A DNA stretch of 64,000 nt from NCBI GenBank assembly GCA_902594485.1, contig CACJMJ010000001.1, forward strand, positions 6,574 to 70,573. The letters run 5' to 3'. The DNA is from an uncultured Bacteroidota bacterium (GTDB lineage Bacteria > Bacteroidota > Bacteroidia > Flavobacteriales > Flavobacteriaceae). The notes under the pieces are model-generated. The model was not told the DNA's origin. It saw only the letters and a program-made list of their open reading frames with translations, and did no database searches. The position numbers were made by a program, and so were the translations under genes. This document shows positions 24,602-34,842 of this stretch, piece by piece (positions within the stretch are counted from its first letter, which is position 1; each line of letters starts with the position of its first letter).

Positions 24602-25543
24602 ATGTTAAAGATGAATTTTTTTCTTTTTTTAAAAGGTCTTGCCATGGGTGCTGTAAATAAGATACCTGGTGTTTCAGGGGGTACAGTCGCATTTGTTACA
24701 GGTATATATGAAGATTTACTTAACTCAATAAAAAGAATAAATTTTAATGCATTCAAAATTTTATTTACAAAAGGATTTAAAGCATTTTATGAAGAAATAA
24801 ATGGAAAATTTCTAACTATAGTTTTTTCAGGTGTTGTTGCCAGTTTTTTTAGTGTTTCACTTATACTTGATAGTCTTATTGAAAAATATGAATTATATGT
24901 TTTTGGACTATTTTTTGGAATGATTGTTGGATCTTTTTATGTTATTTATTATCAATTAGAAAAGATTACTACTAAAAGTCTAATTGGAATAATTATTGGA
25001 ATTCTATCGGGTCTATTAATTAGTTTTGCAGAAAATTATAATGTTGGAACTTCTGACTTAATAATATTTTTTTCTGGTGTAATAGCAATCTCTGGAATGA
25101 TATTACCTGGATTATCTGGTTCCTATCTATTATTATTAATGGGTAATTACACATTAATTATGGTTGACTCAGTAAATGCTTTATACTTCACTCTAATTGA
25201 ATCAGCTTCACTTGATTTTACGTTTATCAATGATCCTGAAAGGTTATATCTATTGAAAGTTCTTATGTTGTTTACACTAGGCTCTATTTTTGGTTTAATT
25301 TTTTTATCTAATGTTTTAAGCTCGTTACTTAAAAATTTTAAAACAATTACGATTTCCATAATAGTTGGTTTTATAGCAGGATCATTAGCTGGTGTATGGC
25401 CATGGAAAGACGTAGACATGATTGGAAATGTATCATTATTTTTTCCTGATTTTTCAATCGCACAAACTTGGATAACCATTTTTAATATTCTAATTGGTAT
25501 TTTGTTTGTAGTTTTATTAGAGAGATTAGCAAACAAACATTGA
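24602..25543 (+). CDS. DUF368-family membrane protein (undecaprenyl-phosphate translocase family)
   Basis: IPGVSGGT and LPGLSGS re-entrant motifs, VWPWK. Confidence 0.88.
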   Translation: MLKMNFFLFLKGLAMGAVNKIPGVSGGTVAFVTGIYEDLLNSIKRINFNAFKILFTKGFKAFYEEINGKFLTIVFSGVVASFFSVSLILDSLIEKYELYVFGLFFGMIVGSFYVIYYQLEKITTKSLIGIIIGILSGLLISFAENYNVGTSDLIIFFSGVIAISGMILPGLSGSYLLLLMGNYTLIMVDSVNALYFTLIESASLDFTFINDPERLYLLKVLMLFTLGSIFGLIFLSNVLSSLLKNFKTITISIIVGFIAGSLAGVWPWKDVDMIGNVSLFFPDFSIAQTWITIFNILIGILFVVLLERLANKH

Positions 25544-26280
25544 GAAATAGAAAACAATTTGGCTTAATTGGAAGAGATATTGAATATTCATTTTCAAGAA
25601 AATACTTTTTAGAAAAATTCAATTCTAATCTTAATTTTTCAGACTATAGTTATAGAAATTTTGATATAGAATCTATTGACTTAATCAAAGATTTCATAGA
25701 TGATAAAGATCTAGGTGGATTAAATGTAACGATTCCTTACAAAATTGAAATAATTGAATATCTTGACGAAATCTCAGATGAGGCAAAAGAAATTGGAGCG
25801 GTTAACACTATATGTTTTGAAGATGGAAAAAGAATAGGATATAATACAGATATATACGGTTTTAGTGAATCCTTAAAAGTTAACTCTATTAATAGGATAG
25901 ATAGTGCGATGGTATTAGGAACGGGTGGTGCTTCTAAAACAGTTATTTATTTCTGTAAAAAAAATAATATTCCATTTAAAATATTATCCAGAAAAAAATC
26001 TAAAGATTGTATATCATATAAGGAAATTAATCATAGTTTTTTTGAAGGAAACGTATTAATTGTGAATTGTACCCCAATAGGTACACATCCTAAAATCAAT
26101 GAATGTCCTGACCTCCCCTATAATCTATTAAATAAAGAGAATATTTTATTTGATTTAGTTTATAATCCACCTGAAACTCTTTTTATAAAGAAAGGAAAAG
26201 AAATTGGATGTAAGACTCTTAATGGATATAAAATGTTAAAATTTCAGGCAGAAAAGTCTTGGAATCTATGGACAAAATAA
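25540..26280 (+). CDS. aroE: Shikimate dehydrogenase (TTG start)
   Basis: NVTIPYK, IGAVNT, GYNTD, LGTGGA, DLVYNP. Confidence 0.95.
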   Translation: MRNRKQFGLIGRDIEYSFSRKYFLEKFNSNLNFSDYSYRNFDIESIDLIKDFIDDKDLGGLNVTIPYKIEIIEYLDEISDEAKEIGAVNTICFEDGKRIGYNTDIYGFSESLKVNSINRIDSAMVLGTGGASKTVIYFCKKNNIPFKILSRKKSKDCISYKEINHSFFEGNVLIVNCTPIGTHPKINECPDLPYNLLNKENILFDLVYNPPETLFIKKGKEIGCKTLNGYKMLKFQAEKSWNLWTK

Positions 26281-26343
26281 TTCAAATAGGATTGCAATTT
26301 TTTTTTGTTAATTTTAGTAAATAAATAACATCAAATAAACTTA

Positions 26344-28281
26344 ATGAAAGACTCGAATAAAAAATCGGACAAGTCTTCATCGGATTCTATTAGTCCAGTT
26401 AAAAATACAATTCCTGAAATGCCTAAGGATAAGAGAACTAAGGCATACAAAGAATGGATAAAAAAATATGGTGATCAAGCTTTAGAATCAAATGTAATTC
26501 CTGAAATGCCTAGGGATAAAAGGACAAAGGCATATAAGGACTGGGTGAAGCAGTATGGTGATAATAAAGTACCTTTAAAGGAGGAAAAAGTATCTTCAAA
26601 ATCAAATAAAAAACAAACGAAAAAGACTAAGACTAAAAAAAGCAGTCTTTCCGATAAGGTAGATCTTTTTCAAGAGAATATAAATTCAGAGGATTGGTTT
26701 AATAAGAGGAAAGAAATTGAAGAATTAAGATCAAACATTAATACTTTAATAAAAAAGGACGAATCTGATGAGACTGACAAGATTAAGTCTCTATTTTTTC
26801 AGACATTAAAAATATATTCGAACAAAAAAAGAAAGTATTTTAATGATTTAAATTCAAATCAGAAGGAAAATCTTATTAAAAGACAGGATTTAATAGAAAA
26901 GATAAAAGATCTAATAGTTGTTGACGAGAATCCTAATAAATTATATTCCAAATTTAAATTACTAAAGGAAGAATGGCATAATACAGGTCAGGTTCCAATT
27001 ACAGATAGAAATAATATTTGGGAAACCTACAGACACCATGTTGGAAAATTTTATGATTTTCTTCATCTAAACAGAGATCTTAGAGAGCTTGATTTTAAGC
27101 ATAATTATGAAGAAAAATTGAAAATTATTGAGAGAGCAGAGCAATTAGATAAAGTTGATGATATAATTAAGGCTTCAAGAGATTTAAATGATTTACACAG
27201 ATTATGGAAAAATGAGTTAGGTCCAGTTTCAAGAGAATTTAGTGATGACCTTTGGTCAAGATTTCAAGCTGCATCTCAAAAAATTCATTTAAAAAGACAA
27301 AACTTTCAAAAAGAGATTTCTTCAACTCAACAGGAAAATTTTGAAAAAAAACAAAATGTAATTATTAGAATGAGAGAGTTAACATCTAGTATACCAAAGT
27401 CTCATTCCGAATGGCAAAATAAAATAAAAGATTTTGAAAAACTAAAAGTTGAATTTCAAAGTATTAAAAATCTCCAAAGAAATAAGAATAAAAAGTCATG
27501 GAATGACTTTAGGCTAGCTACAAAAGAATTTAATTCCGAAAAAAATAATTTCTATAAAAATCAAAAAAAGGAGCTTAAGAAAAGTATCGATATCAAAAAA
27601 TCACTCATTGAAGAAGTAAAGGGTATTTTAGAAAGTAACAAGATTTCAGAAAACTCAAAAAGAATTAAGGCAATACAAGAAGAATGGAAGAAAGTTGGCT
27701 ATCTGCCTAGGAAGATTTCAAATTCTCTTTGGGATGATTTCAAACCATTACTAAATAAATTTTATGATATACTAAAATCAGGAGCTGTTAACATGGATAA
27801 AAATGAGCAGGAAATTTTTGATAAAAAATCTAAATTTATTGACAAACTTAAATTTTCAAAAAAGAAGTTCTCAATAGATGAGCTAAAAGAAGAATTTATT
27901 ACATCAATAAAAAGTTTTAATGATCTTGGTGAACTTAACTTAAATTCATCAAACACGCTCAATAATAATATGTTAAGAAAGATTTCTTCAATTATTAATT
28001 CTCTTGAAATAGAAAAAAATGAAAAAGATGATTTATTATTTGATTTAGAACTTGAATTATCTAAATCAAATTCTAATGAGATTAATAAAAAGATTCAAAC
28101 TATAAAAAGAAAGATATCTGATCTTGAGGTTGAGTCAAATCAATTTCAAAATAATTTAGAATTCTTTTCAAGTTCAAGCAGCGAGAATCCTTTATTTAAA
28201 AATGTTTCAACTAAAATTAGTTCTATTGAAAAAAAGATTGAGTTTTGGAGAGATAAGCTTAGGAAAATTGAAAAAGTTTAA
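26344..28281 (+). CDS. DUF349-domain protein with unusual N-terminal repeat
   Basis: Repeated W..TG.VP / W....GPV / W...G..P helical units, DFLHLNRDLRELDFKHN. Confidence 0.88.
   Translation: MKDSNKKSDKSSSDSISPVKNTIPEMPKDKRTKAYKEWIKKYGDQALESNVIPEMPRDKRTKAYKDWVKQYGDNKVPLKEEKVSSKSNKKQTKKTKTKKSSLSDKVDLFQENINSEDWFNKRKEIEELRSNINTLIKKDESDETDKIKSLFFQTLKIYSNKKRKYFNDLNSNQKENLIKRQDLIEKIKDLIVVDENPNKLYSKFKLLKEEWHNTGQVPITDRNNIWETYRHHVGKFYDFLHLNRDLRELDFKHNYEEKLKIIERAEQLDKVDDIIKASRDLNDLHRLWKNELGPVSREFSDDLWSRFQAASQKIHLKRQNFQKEISSTQQENFEKKQNVIIRMRELTSSIPKSHSEWQNKIKDFEKLKVEFQSIKNLQRNKNKKSWNDFRLATKEFNSEKNNFYKNQKKELKKSIDIKKSLIEEVKGILESNKISENSKRIKAIQEEWKKVGYLPRKISNSLWDDFKPLLNKFYDILKSGAVNMDKNEQEIFDKKSKFIDKLKFSKKKFSIDELKEEFITSIKSFNDLGELNLNSSNTLNNNMLRKISSIINSLEIEKNEKDDLLFDLELELSKSNSNEINKKIQTIKRKISDLEVESNQFQNNLEFFSSSSSENPLFKNVSTKISSIEKKIEFWRDKLRKIEKV
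26410..26562 (+). repeat. Two copies of a 66-bp (22-aa) coding module with an 87-bp period
   Basis: IPEMPKDKRTKAYKEWIKKYGD and IPEMPRDKRTKAYKDWVKQYGD, 18/22 aa identical. Confidence 0.95.
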
Positions 28282-28856
28282 TCAATATTATTAAAGAAGC
28301 TCATTTCATATTTAACTTCAATATCTCCTCTTGATATTAAATTTAGTTCTTCTTTTAAACACTTTCTTTTCTTATATGAAAGTTTATCAGTAAATAAAAT
28401 ACCCTGTAAGTGATCATATTCATGTTGAATTACTCTTGCGATTATTCCTGAACATTCCATCTCTTGCATTACTAAGTTTTCATCTAGAAAGTTAATTTTC
28501 AAACTACTTTTTCTTACAACATTTTCTGATATGTTTGGTATACTCAAACAACCTTCTGGGTAAGTATAATCCTCACCTTTTTCTTTAACAATTATTGGGT
28601 TGATGAATACTTGTTTCATATTTATTAATTCTTCTTCAAAAAAATTTTCTTCATCCTTAAAAAAAGAAAAATCAGCAATAAAAACTGCTTTAGATACTCC
28701 TATTTGTGGAGCTGCGATACCTACTCCTTTTGCGTTATACATTGTATCCCATAAGTCTCTAATTAATAATTTCAATTCATTGATTTGACTTAAATTAATT
28801 TTTTCTGCCTTTTGTTTTAAAACTGGATCTCCGTAAGCAATTATTTTACGTATCAT
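28278..28856 (-). CDS. def: Peptide deformylase
   Basis: GVGIAAPQIG, EGCLSIP, QHEYDH. Confidence 0.97.
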   Translation of the reverse strand: MIRKIIAYGDPVLKQKAEKINLSQINELKLLIRDLWDTMYNAKGVGIAAPQIGVSKAVFIADFSFFKDEENFFEEELINMKQVFINPIIVKEKGEDYTYPEGCLSIPNISENVVRKSSLKINFLDENLVMQEMECSGIIARVIQHEYDHLQGILFTDKLSYKKRKCLKEELNLISRGDIEVKYEMSFFNNID

Positions 28857-29284
28857 TTGGCTGTTTTGATTAGATAGGATTCTAAAATCAAAGATGCACT
28901 AATTTTATCTATAATTGATTTATCCATCCTAATTTTTTTCTTTGTTTCTAGTTGATTTAGAATCTTATTTGAAATTTTAGATGTAAATCTCTCATCAACT
29001 CTATGAATACTTATATTAGGGAAAGTTCTGTTTATTAATTCTATGAAGTCAACAATTTCATTTTCTAAAGCATGAATTTTGCTATTTAATTTGAGAGGCT
29101 TGCCAATAATGATTTTTTCAATTTTCTCTTTTTTTATTAGATCTTTTAAATAGTTTAAAAGATTTATAGTCTCGACTGTCTCCAATGGAAAAGAAATTAT
29201 TTTATCATAATCAGAAATTGATATTCCTGTTCTCTTTTTTCCGTAATCAATTCCGATATATTTTGTAAGTGGATTATTTAACAA
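28853..29284 (-). CDS. ruvX: YqgF/RuvX pre-16S rRNA nuclease (TTG start)
   Basis: GIDYGKKRTGI, VDERFTS, IDKISASLIL. Confidence 0.93.
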   Translation of the reverse strand: MLNNPLTKYIGIDYGKKRTGISISDYDKIISFPLETVETINLLNYLKDLIKKEKIEKIIIGKPLKLNSKIHALENEIVDFIELINRTFPNISIHRVDERFTSKISNKILNQLETKKKIRMDKSIIDKISASLILESYLIKTAK

Positions 29285-29362
29285 GATTCTAACTTTTTGA
29301 AAATATTAATTAAAGATCTTTAGAATTAATTTCAATACTTTTACATGTAAAATTATCAAAAA

Positions 29363-29920
29363 TTGAAGAATGAATTAAAAAATGCTCTGAAAGCACTGGA
29401 ATCAGGTGAAACAATATTATATCCTACGGATACTATTTGGGGTATTGGCTGTGATGCAATGTCAGATACTGCGACGAAAAAAATATTTGAAATAAAGAGA
29501 AGAGATTACTCAAAAGGTTTAATTTGTTTAGCTTCAAGCTTTGAAATGGTTCAAGATTACGCAGACATAAATGAAATAGAGAGATATAAGGATGCATCAA
29601 ATGAAACTCCAACTACATTTATACTTGAAAATCCAAGGAATATCTCAAATTATGTTTTAGGTAAAAATAACTCTATAGCATTTAGAGTACCCAATAACAA
29701 TTTTTGCATTAGGTTAATTAAAGCCTTTGGAAGACCTTTAGTATCTTCATCTGCTAACTTATCAGGAAATTTAATACCCAAAAACTATGATGATATTAGT
29801 CCTGATATAAAGAAAAATGTTGGATACATAGTAAAACTCAAAAAATTTAAAGATTGTAAAGTATCATCTAGAATTTTAAAATTTAATAGCAATGATGGTA
29901 GCTTTAATCAGTTAAGATGA
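29363..29920 (+). CDS. tsaC: Threonylcarbamoyl-AMP synthase (YrdC/Sua5; TTG start)
   Basis: YPTDTIWGIGCDA, IKRR, SSSANLSG. Confidence 0.92.
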   Translation: MKNELKNALKALESGETILYPTDTIWGIGCDAMSDTATKKIFEIKRRDYSKGLICLASSFEMVQDYADINEIERYKDASNETPTTFILENPRNISNYVLGKNNSIAFRVPNNNFCIRLIKAFGRPLVSSSANLSGNLIPKNYDDISPDIKKNVGYIVKLKKFKDCKVSSRILKFNSNDGSFNQLR

Positions 29921-31347
29921 ACTCAAATAATATTAACATATCAAACTATCTTAAATCTGATATTTTCGAAATTATTTCTGAAGCTGCAGATAAACTGTCT
30001 GTTGAGACATATGTTGTAGGTGGTTATGTTAGAGACATGATATTAAAAAGGGATCTAAAAAAGGATATAGATATAATGTGTGTTGGTTCAGGGATAGAAT
30101 TAGCAAAATATATTCAAGATAAAATCAATCCTAAGAAGAAAATAAATATTTTCAAAAGATATGGTACTGCAATGATATCTTACAAAGACTATAAAATTGA
30201 ATTTGTTGGATCAAGAAAAGAATCTTACTCAAAAGACAGTAGGAACCCTAATACTCAGCCTGGAAGCTTTATTGATGACATGTTAAGAAGAGACTTTACA
30301 ATAAACACGCTTGCAATCAAATTAAATAAAGAAAATTTTGGAGAATTGGTTGATACATTTGGAGGTATGGAAGATATTTCTAAAAAGACAATAATAACTC
30401 CTACAGAACCTGATAAAACCTTTTCAGATGATCCATTAAGAATGCTTAGAGCAGTCCGATTTGCTTCGCAGCTTGATTTTGATATTGATGAAAAAACTAA
30501 AAAATCAATTCAAGAAAACTCTGATAGAATTAACATACTATCACCGGAAAGGATATCTGATGAAATAAATAAAATTCTTTTAACAGATAGTCCTTCAATT
30601 GGATTTAAAAATTTAGAAAATTTAAATCTTCTAAAATCTATAATTCCAGAATTAATTGACCTAAAGGGTATTGAAGAAGTTGAAGGTCAGACTCATAAAG
30701 ATAATTTTTATCATACTCTGGAAGTTGTTGACAATATATCTAAAAACACTGATAAACTATGGCTTAGATGGGCAGCACTTCTTCATGATATTGGAAAGGC
30801 TCCTACTAAGAAGTTTGATAAAAAAATTGGTTGGACATTTCATGGTCATGAGTATGTTGGTTCAAAGATGGTTAAAAAAATCTTTAAGAGATTGAGCTTG
30901 CCATTAAATGAAATTCTTAAGTACGTTCAAAAGATAGTAATGATGAGTTCGAGGCCAATTATAATTTCAGATGATATTGTAACAGACTCAGCTGTAAGAA
31001 GGTTAATTTATGATGCAGGTGATTCAATTGAAGACTTACTGACTCTGTGTGAGGCAGATATTACTACAAAAAATCTTAAGAAGTCAATTAAATATCAGAA
31101 TAATTTTAAGATTGTTAGAAAAAAAATAAAGGATGTAGAAGAGAGAGATAATATAAGGAACTTTCAACCTCCTGTTAGTGGTGAGATAATAATGAATCAT
31201 TACAATATTAAGCCTTGTAAAGAAATTGGTTTAATTAAAGAGAAGATAAAGAATGCCATCTTAGATGGTGATATAAAGAATGATTATGAAGAAGCATTCA
31301 AATTAATGCTTAAGATTGGTAAATCAATGGGATTAAAAGATGAATAG
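29917..31347 (+). CDS. cca: CCA tRNA nucleotidyltransferase with HD domain
   Basis: VVGGYVRD, DIDI, RRDFTIN, DDPLRMLRA, LLHDIGK. Confidence 0.92.
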   Translation: MNSNNINISNYLKSDIFEIISEAADKLSVETYVVGGYVRDMILKRDLKKDIDIMCVGSGIELAKYIQDKINPKKKINIFKRYGTAMISYKDYKIEFVGSRKESYSKDSRNPNTQPGSFIDDMLRRDFTINTLAIKLNKENFGELVDTFGGMEDISKKTIITPTEPDKTFSDDPLRMLRAVRFASQLDFDIDEKTKKSIQENSDRINILSPERISDEINKILLTDSPSIGFKNLENLNLLKSIIPELIDLKGIEEVEGQTHKDNFYHTLEVVDNISKNTDKLWLRWAALLHDIGKAPTKKFDKKIGWTFHGHEYVGSKMVKKIFKRLSLPLNEILKYVQKIVMMSSRPIIISDDIVTDSAVRRLIYDAGDSIEDLLTLCEADITTKNLKKSIKYQNNFKIVRKKIKDVEERDNIRNFQPPVSGEIIMNHYNIKPCKEIGLIKEKIKNAILDGDIKNDYEEAFKLMLKIGKSMGLKDE

Positions 31348-32368
31348 TTTATACAGAAAAACAATAATTTCAATTGTGATAGTATATCTCGTTATTCTTG
31401 CTGGTGGAATAGTTAGAATGACAGGAAGTGGAATGGGTTGTCCTGACTGGCCTAAATGTTTTGGATTTTTAATACCTCCTACAGAAAGATCTCAATTAGA
31501 ATGGAAGTCAAACTCTGAATATAATAAGAATCAAATAGTAATTATTGATGAGAAATTATTTTATGCTAATGATAAATTTAAATCAAAAAGTAAATTTGAA
31601 ATGTCTAATTGGAGTGAGTACACTAAACATGATTATTCAAAATTTAATGTTTATCATACTTGGATTGAATACATAAATAGGCTCATTGGAGCTATCGCTG
31701 GACTATCAGTTTTAATCCTCTTTGTTAATTCATTAAAATTTTTAAAAACTAAAAAAATAATTACGGGCTTGTCATTCTTAGCATTGATTGCAATAATTTT
31801 TCAAGCTTGGTTAGGTAAAATGGTAGTAGACAGTAATCTTATGGCAAATACTATAACTGTCCATATGTTAATGGCAATTATTCTATTATTTATTTTATTT
31901 TCAATTTTAGCAATTTCTAATCCTAGCAAAAAAAGAGTTAAAATTTCAAGAAATATCTCAATATTAGTTTTGATATCAATAGTTCTTCTTCTAATTCAAA
32001 TAATCACTGGTACTGAAGTTAGAAAATTCATTGATATAAAAATGGAGTTACTCAATTATACTGAAAAGGAAAGATGGATTGAGAATATTTCTAGTTCATT
32101 TAGTTTTCACAGAAGCTTTTCGTGGGCAATCATAGTTGTAAATAGTTTAATTTACTTTCATGCAAGAAAAAGTGGATTAAAATTAAAAATTATTCATATT
32201 GTTAATACTTTGATTTTTTTCCAAATATCTTCTGGTATAATCATGTACTATTTTCATTTTCCATTCAGCTCCCAACCTATACACCTTCTTATCTCTACCA
32301 TGATTATAAGTATTCAGTTTTATTTTTTATTACTATACAAAACTTCAAAAAATGCAATTAAAATTTAG
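31340..32368 (+). CDS. ctaA: Heme A synthase (COX15/CtaA)
   Basis: GGIVRMTGSGMGCPDWPKC, QAWLG, TVHM, HR and HL motifs in TM helices. Confidence 0.9.
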   Translation: MNSLYRKTIISIVIVYLVILAGGIVRMTGSGMGCPDWPKCFGFLIPPTERSQLEWKSNSEYNKNQIVIIDEKLFYANDKFKSKSKFEMSNWSEYTKHDYSKFNVYHTWIEYINRLIGAIAGLSVLILFVNSLKFLKTKKIITGLSFLALIAIIFQAWLGKMVVDSNLMANTITVHMLMAIILLFILFSILAISNPSKKRVKISRNISILVLISIVLLLIQIITGTEVRKFIDIKMELLNYTEKERWIENISSSFSFHRSFSWAIIVVNSLIYFHARKSGLKLKIIHIVNTLIFFQISSGIIMYYFHFPFSSQPIHLLISTMIISIQFYFLLLYKTSKNAIKI

Positions 32369-32813
32369 AATAATATTAAACGTTAAGAATGATGTGTTAA
32401 GAGATATAATAGTGGACTCTAGTATTTCACTAATAGAATTTAGTAAAATAATTTCCAGTGAATTTGGATTTGATTCATCTGAGATATCTACATTTCATCA
32501 TACAGATGAAAATTGGGAACAACTTGAAGAAATTAAAATTTTTAAAATAGATGATCAAGACAAGGTCATGGATAATGCTTCTATTTCAAATTTCTTTATT
32601 GCTAAAAATGATAAACTTATTTTTATTTATGACTTTTTGAATTATTGGACATTCTTCGTTGAGCTATACGAAGTTGGGGAATTCAATATTAATGATAAAA
32701 AATATTTAACAATAAACTCAATAGGAGAGGTCCCAAAAGAAGCTCCATCTGATATATTCAGTAAAAGTGATGAGACTAATCAAATTGACTTTGATGATAA
32801 CCTAATTGATTAA
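32352..32813 (+). CDS. Conserved protein of the pRiA4b ORF3 / IS1096-passenger TnpR-like family
   Basis: RDI...FGFD and [14 protein letters not shown]; usual ctaA neighbour in Flavobacteria. Confidence 0.7.
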   Translation: MQLKFRIILNVKNDVLRDIIVDSSISLIEFSKIISSEFGFDSSEISTFHHTDENWEQLEEIKIFKIDDQDKVMDNASISNFFIAKNDKLIFIYDFLNYWTFFVELYEVGEFNINDKKYLTINSIGEVPKEAPSDIFSKSDETNQIDFDDNLID

Positions 32814-34795
32814 TGAGTTTCTCTCTTACATCAGAATTTAATCCAACTGGAGATCAGCCAAGTGCTATAAAGAGTATAGTTGATTCATTTTCCAATAATC
32901 AGAATTATGTTACTCTTCAGGGTGTTACTGGATCTGGAAAAACCTTTACTGTTGCAAATGTTATACAAGAGATAAAAAGACCAACTTTAGTATTAGCTCA
33001 TAATAAAACATTAGCTGCTCAGCTTTACTCAGAATTTCAGAGCTTCTTCCCTAATAATTCTGTAGAATATTTTGTTTCTTATTATGATTACTATCAACCT
33101 GAAGCATATATTCCATCATCAGGTCTTTATATTGAAAAAGATTTATCAATTAATGAACAGATTGAAAAATATAGACTAAGTGCAACTTCTTCTCTACTCT
33201 CTGGAAGAGATGATATTATTGTAGTTGCGTCGGTATCCTGCATATATGGGATTGGTAACCCATCCGAATTTAAAAAGCATGTAATTGAAATAAAGGTTAA
33301 TCAAGAAATTCAAATTTCTAAACTATTGTCATTATTTGTAAAAAGTCAATACTCTAGATCTATAAATGAATTAAATAGAGGAAGTTTTTCAGTCAAGGGA
33401 GATGTTGTAGACATTTTTCCAAGCTATTCAGATATTTTTTATAGAATTAATTTTTTTGGAGATATGATTGAAAGCATTGAATCAATAGATCCTATTTCAG
33501 GAAATAAGATTGAGGATTTTAATAGCTTAAGAGTTTTTCCGGCAATGATTTTTGTTACTTCTGAATCCAGTATTAAATCTGCAATAAATAATATTGAATT
33601 TGATTTAGAAGAACAAATAAAATATTTTGATGAAATTGAAAAAAATCTTGAAGCAAAACGAATAAAAGAGAGAACAGAATTTGATCTTGAAATGATAAAA
33701 GAACTTGGATATTGTTCTGGAATTGAAAACTATTCAAGATACTTGGACGGAAGAAGTCCTGGTACAAGACCTTTCTGCCTATTGGACTATTTCCCAGATG
33801 ATTACCTTATGGTTATTGATGAGAGTCATGTAACAATACCTCAAGTTCATGCTATGTATGGGGGAGATAGAAGTAGAAAAGAGAATTTAGTTGAATATGG
33901 GTTTCGATTACCAGCTGCACTTGATAATAGACCTTTAAAATTTGAAGAATTTGAAAACCTTCAAAATAATGTATTGTATGTTAGTGCGACACCCGCAGAT
34001 TATGAGCTTAAAAAATCTGAAGGTCTATTTGTAGAACAAATTATTAGACCTACTGGCGTACTTGATCCGATCATAGAAGTACGTGGGTCAGAAAATCAAA
34101 TTGATGACTTAATTGAGGAGATCTTAAAAAGGGTTGAACAAGATGAAAGAGTTTTAGTAACTACTTTGACTAAGAGAATGGCTGAAGAGCTTACAAAGTA
34201 CCTTCATAAATCCAAGATTAGGGCTAATTATGTTCATAGTGATATTGATACTCTTGAAAGAGTTGAGATAATGCAAAATTTAAGAAAAGGGATATTTGAT
34301 GTTCTTGTTGGTGTTAATCTATTAAGAGAAGGCCTTGACCTACCTGAAGTATCATTAGTTGCAATCTTAGATGCTGATAAAGAAGGATTCCTGAGAAGTC
34401 ATAGATCTTTAATCCAGACAGTTGGAAGAGCAGCTAGAAACATCAATGGAAAATCTATAATGTATGCTGATATCATTACTGAAAGTATGAAAAAAACAAT
34501 TAAGGAGACTGAGTATAGAAGAAAAAAACAGGAGGATTTCAATACAGAGAATAATATTGTTCCAAAACAGATGGAAAAATCATTCACAAACTCTTTTGAA
34601 GAATCAAAAGAGAGTGTCAGTAACAATTACGAAGACTTTGAAGAGGAGATTAAAAGCTATCATAACAGGAATCAAATTGAAACTAAAATTAAACAGTTAA
34701 GGAAAGAGATGGAAAGTGTTGCTAAGAAACTTGACTTTTTAAAAGCTGCTGATCTTAGAGATAAAATTGAATATCTTAAGAAAAAGATCAAATAA
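32813..34795 (+). CDS. uvrB: Excinuclease ABC subunit B
   Basis: [36 protein letters not shown]-terminal UVR domain. Confidence 0.98.
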   Translation: MSFSLTSEFNPTGDQPSAIKSIVDSFSNNQNYVTLQGVTGSGKTFTVANVIQEIKRPTLVLAHNKTLAAQLYSEFQSFFPNNSVEYFVSYYDYYQPEAYIPSSGLYIEKDLSINEQIEKYRLSATSSLLSGRDDIIVVASVSCIYGIGNPSEFKKHVIEIKVNQEIQISKLLSLFVKSQYSRSINELNRGSFSVKGDVVDIFPSYSDIFYRINFFGDMIESIESIDPISGNKIEDFNSLRVFPAMIFVTSESSIKSAINNIEFDLEEQIKYFDEIEKNLEAKRIKERTEFDLEMIKELGYCSGIENYSRYLDGRSPGTRPFCLLDYFPDDYLMVIDESHVTIPQVHAMYGGDRSRKENLVEYGFRLPAALDNRPLKFEEFENLQNNVLYVSATPADYELKKSEGLFVEQIIRPTGVLDPIIEVRGSENQIDDLIEEILKRVEQDERVLVTTLTKRMAEELTKYLHKSKIRANYVHSDIDTLERVEIMQNLRKGIFDVLVGVNLLREGLDLPEVSLVAILDADKEGFLRSHRSLIQTVGRAARNINGKSIMYADIITESMKKTIKETEYRRKKQEDFNTENNIVPKQMEKSFTNSFEESKESVSNNYEDFEEEIKSYHNRNQIETKIKQLRKEMESVAKKLDFLKAADLRDKIEYLKKKIK

Positions 34796-34819
34796 AAAAG
34801 GTGCACAATTGTGCACCTT
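34794..34819. terminator. Probable bidirectional intrinsic terminator between convergent uvrB and hsp20
   Basis: Perfect palindrome AAGGTGCACAATTGTGCACCTT (34798-34819); T6 tail on the minus strand. Confidence 0.75.
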
Positions 34820-34842
34820 AATTATAGATTATTAACCATAAT

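Noticed and set aside
32352..32813. IS1096-passenger-like gene as evidence of a mobile element
   Set aside because: No transposase, terminal repeats or target duplication; it overlaps both neighbours and is a usual core neighbour of ctaA
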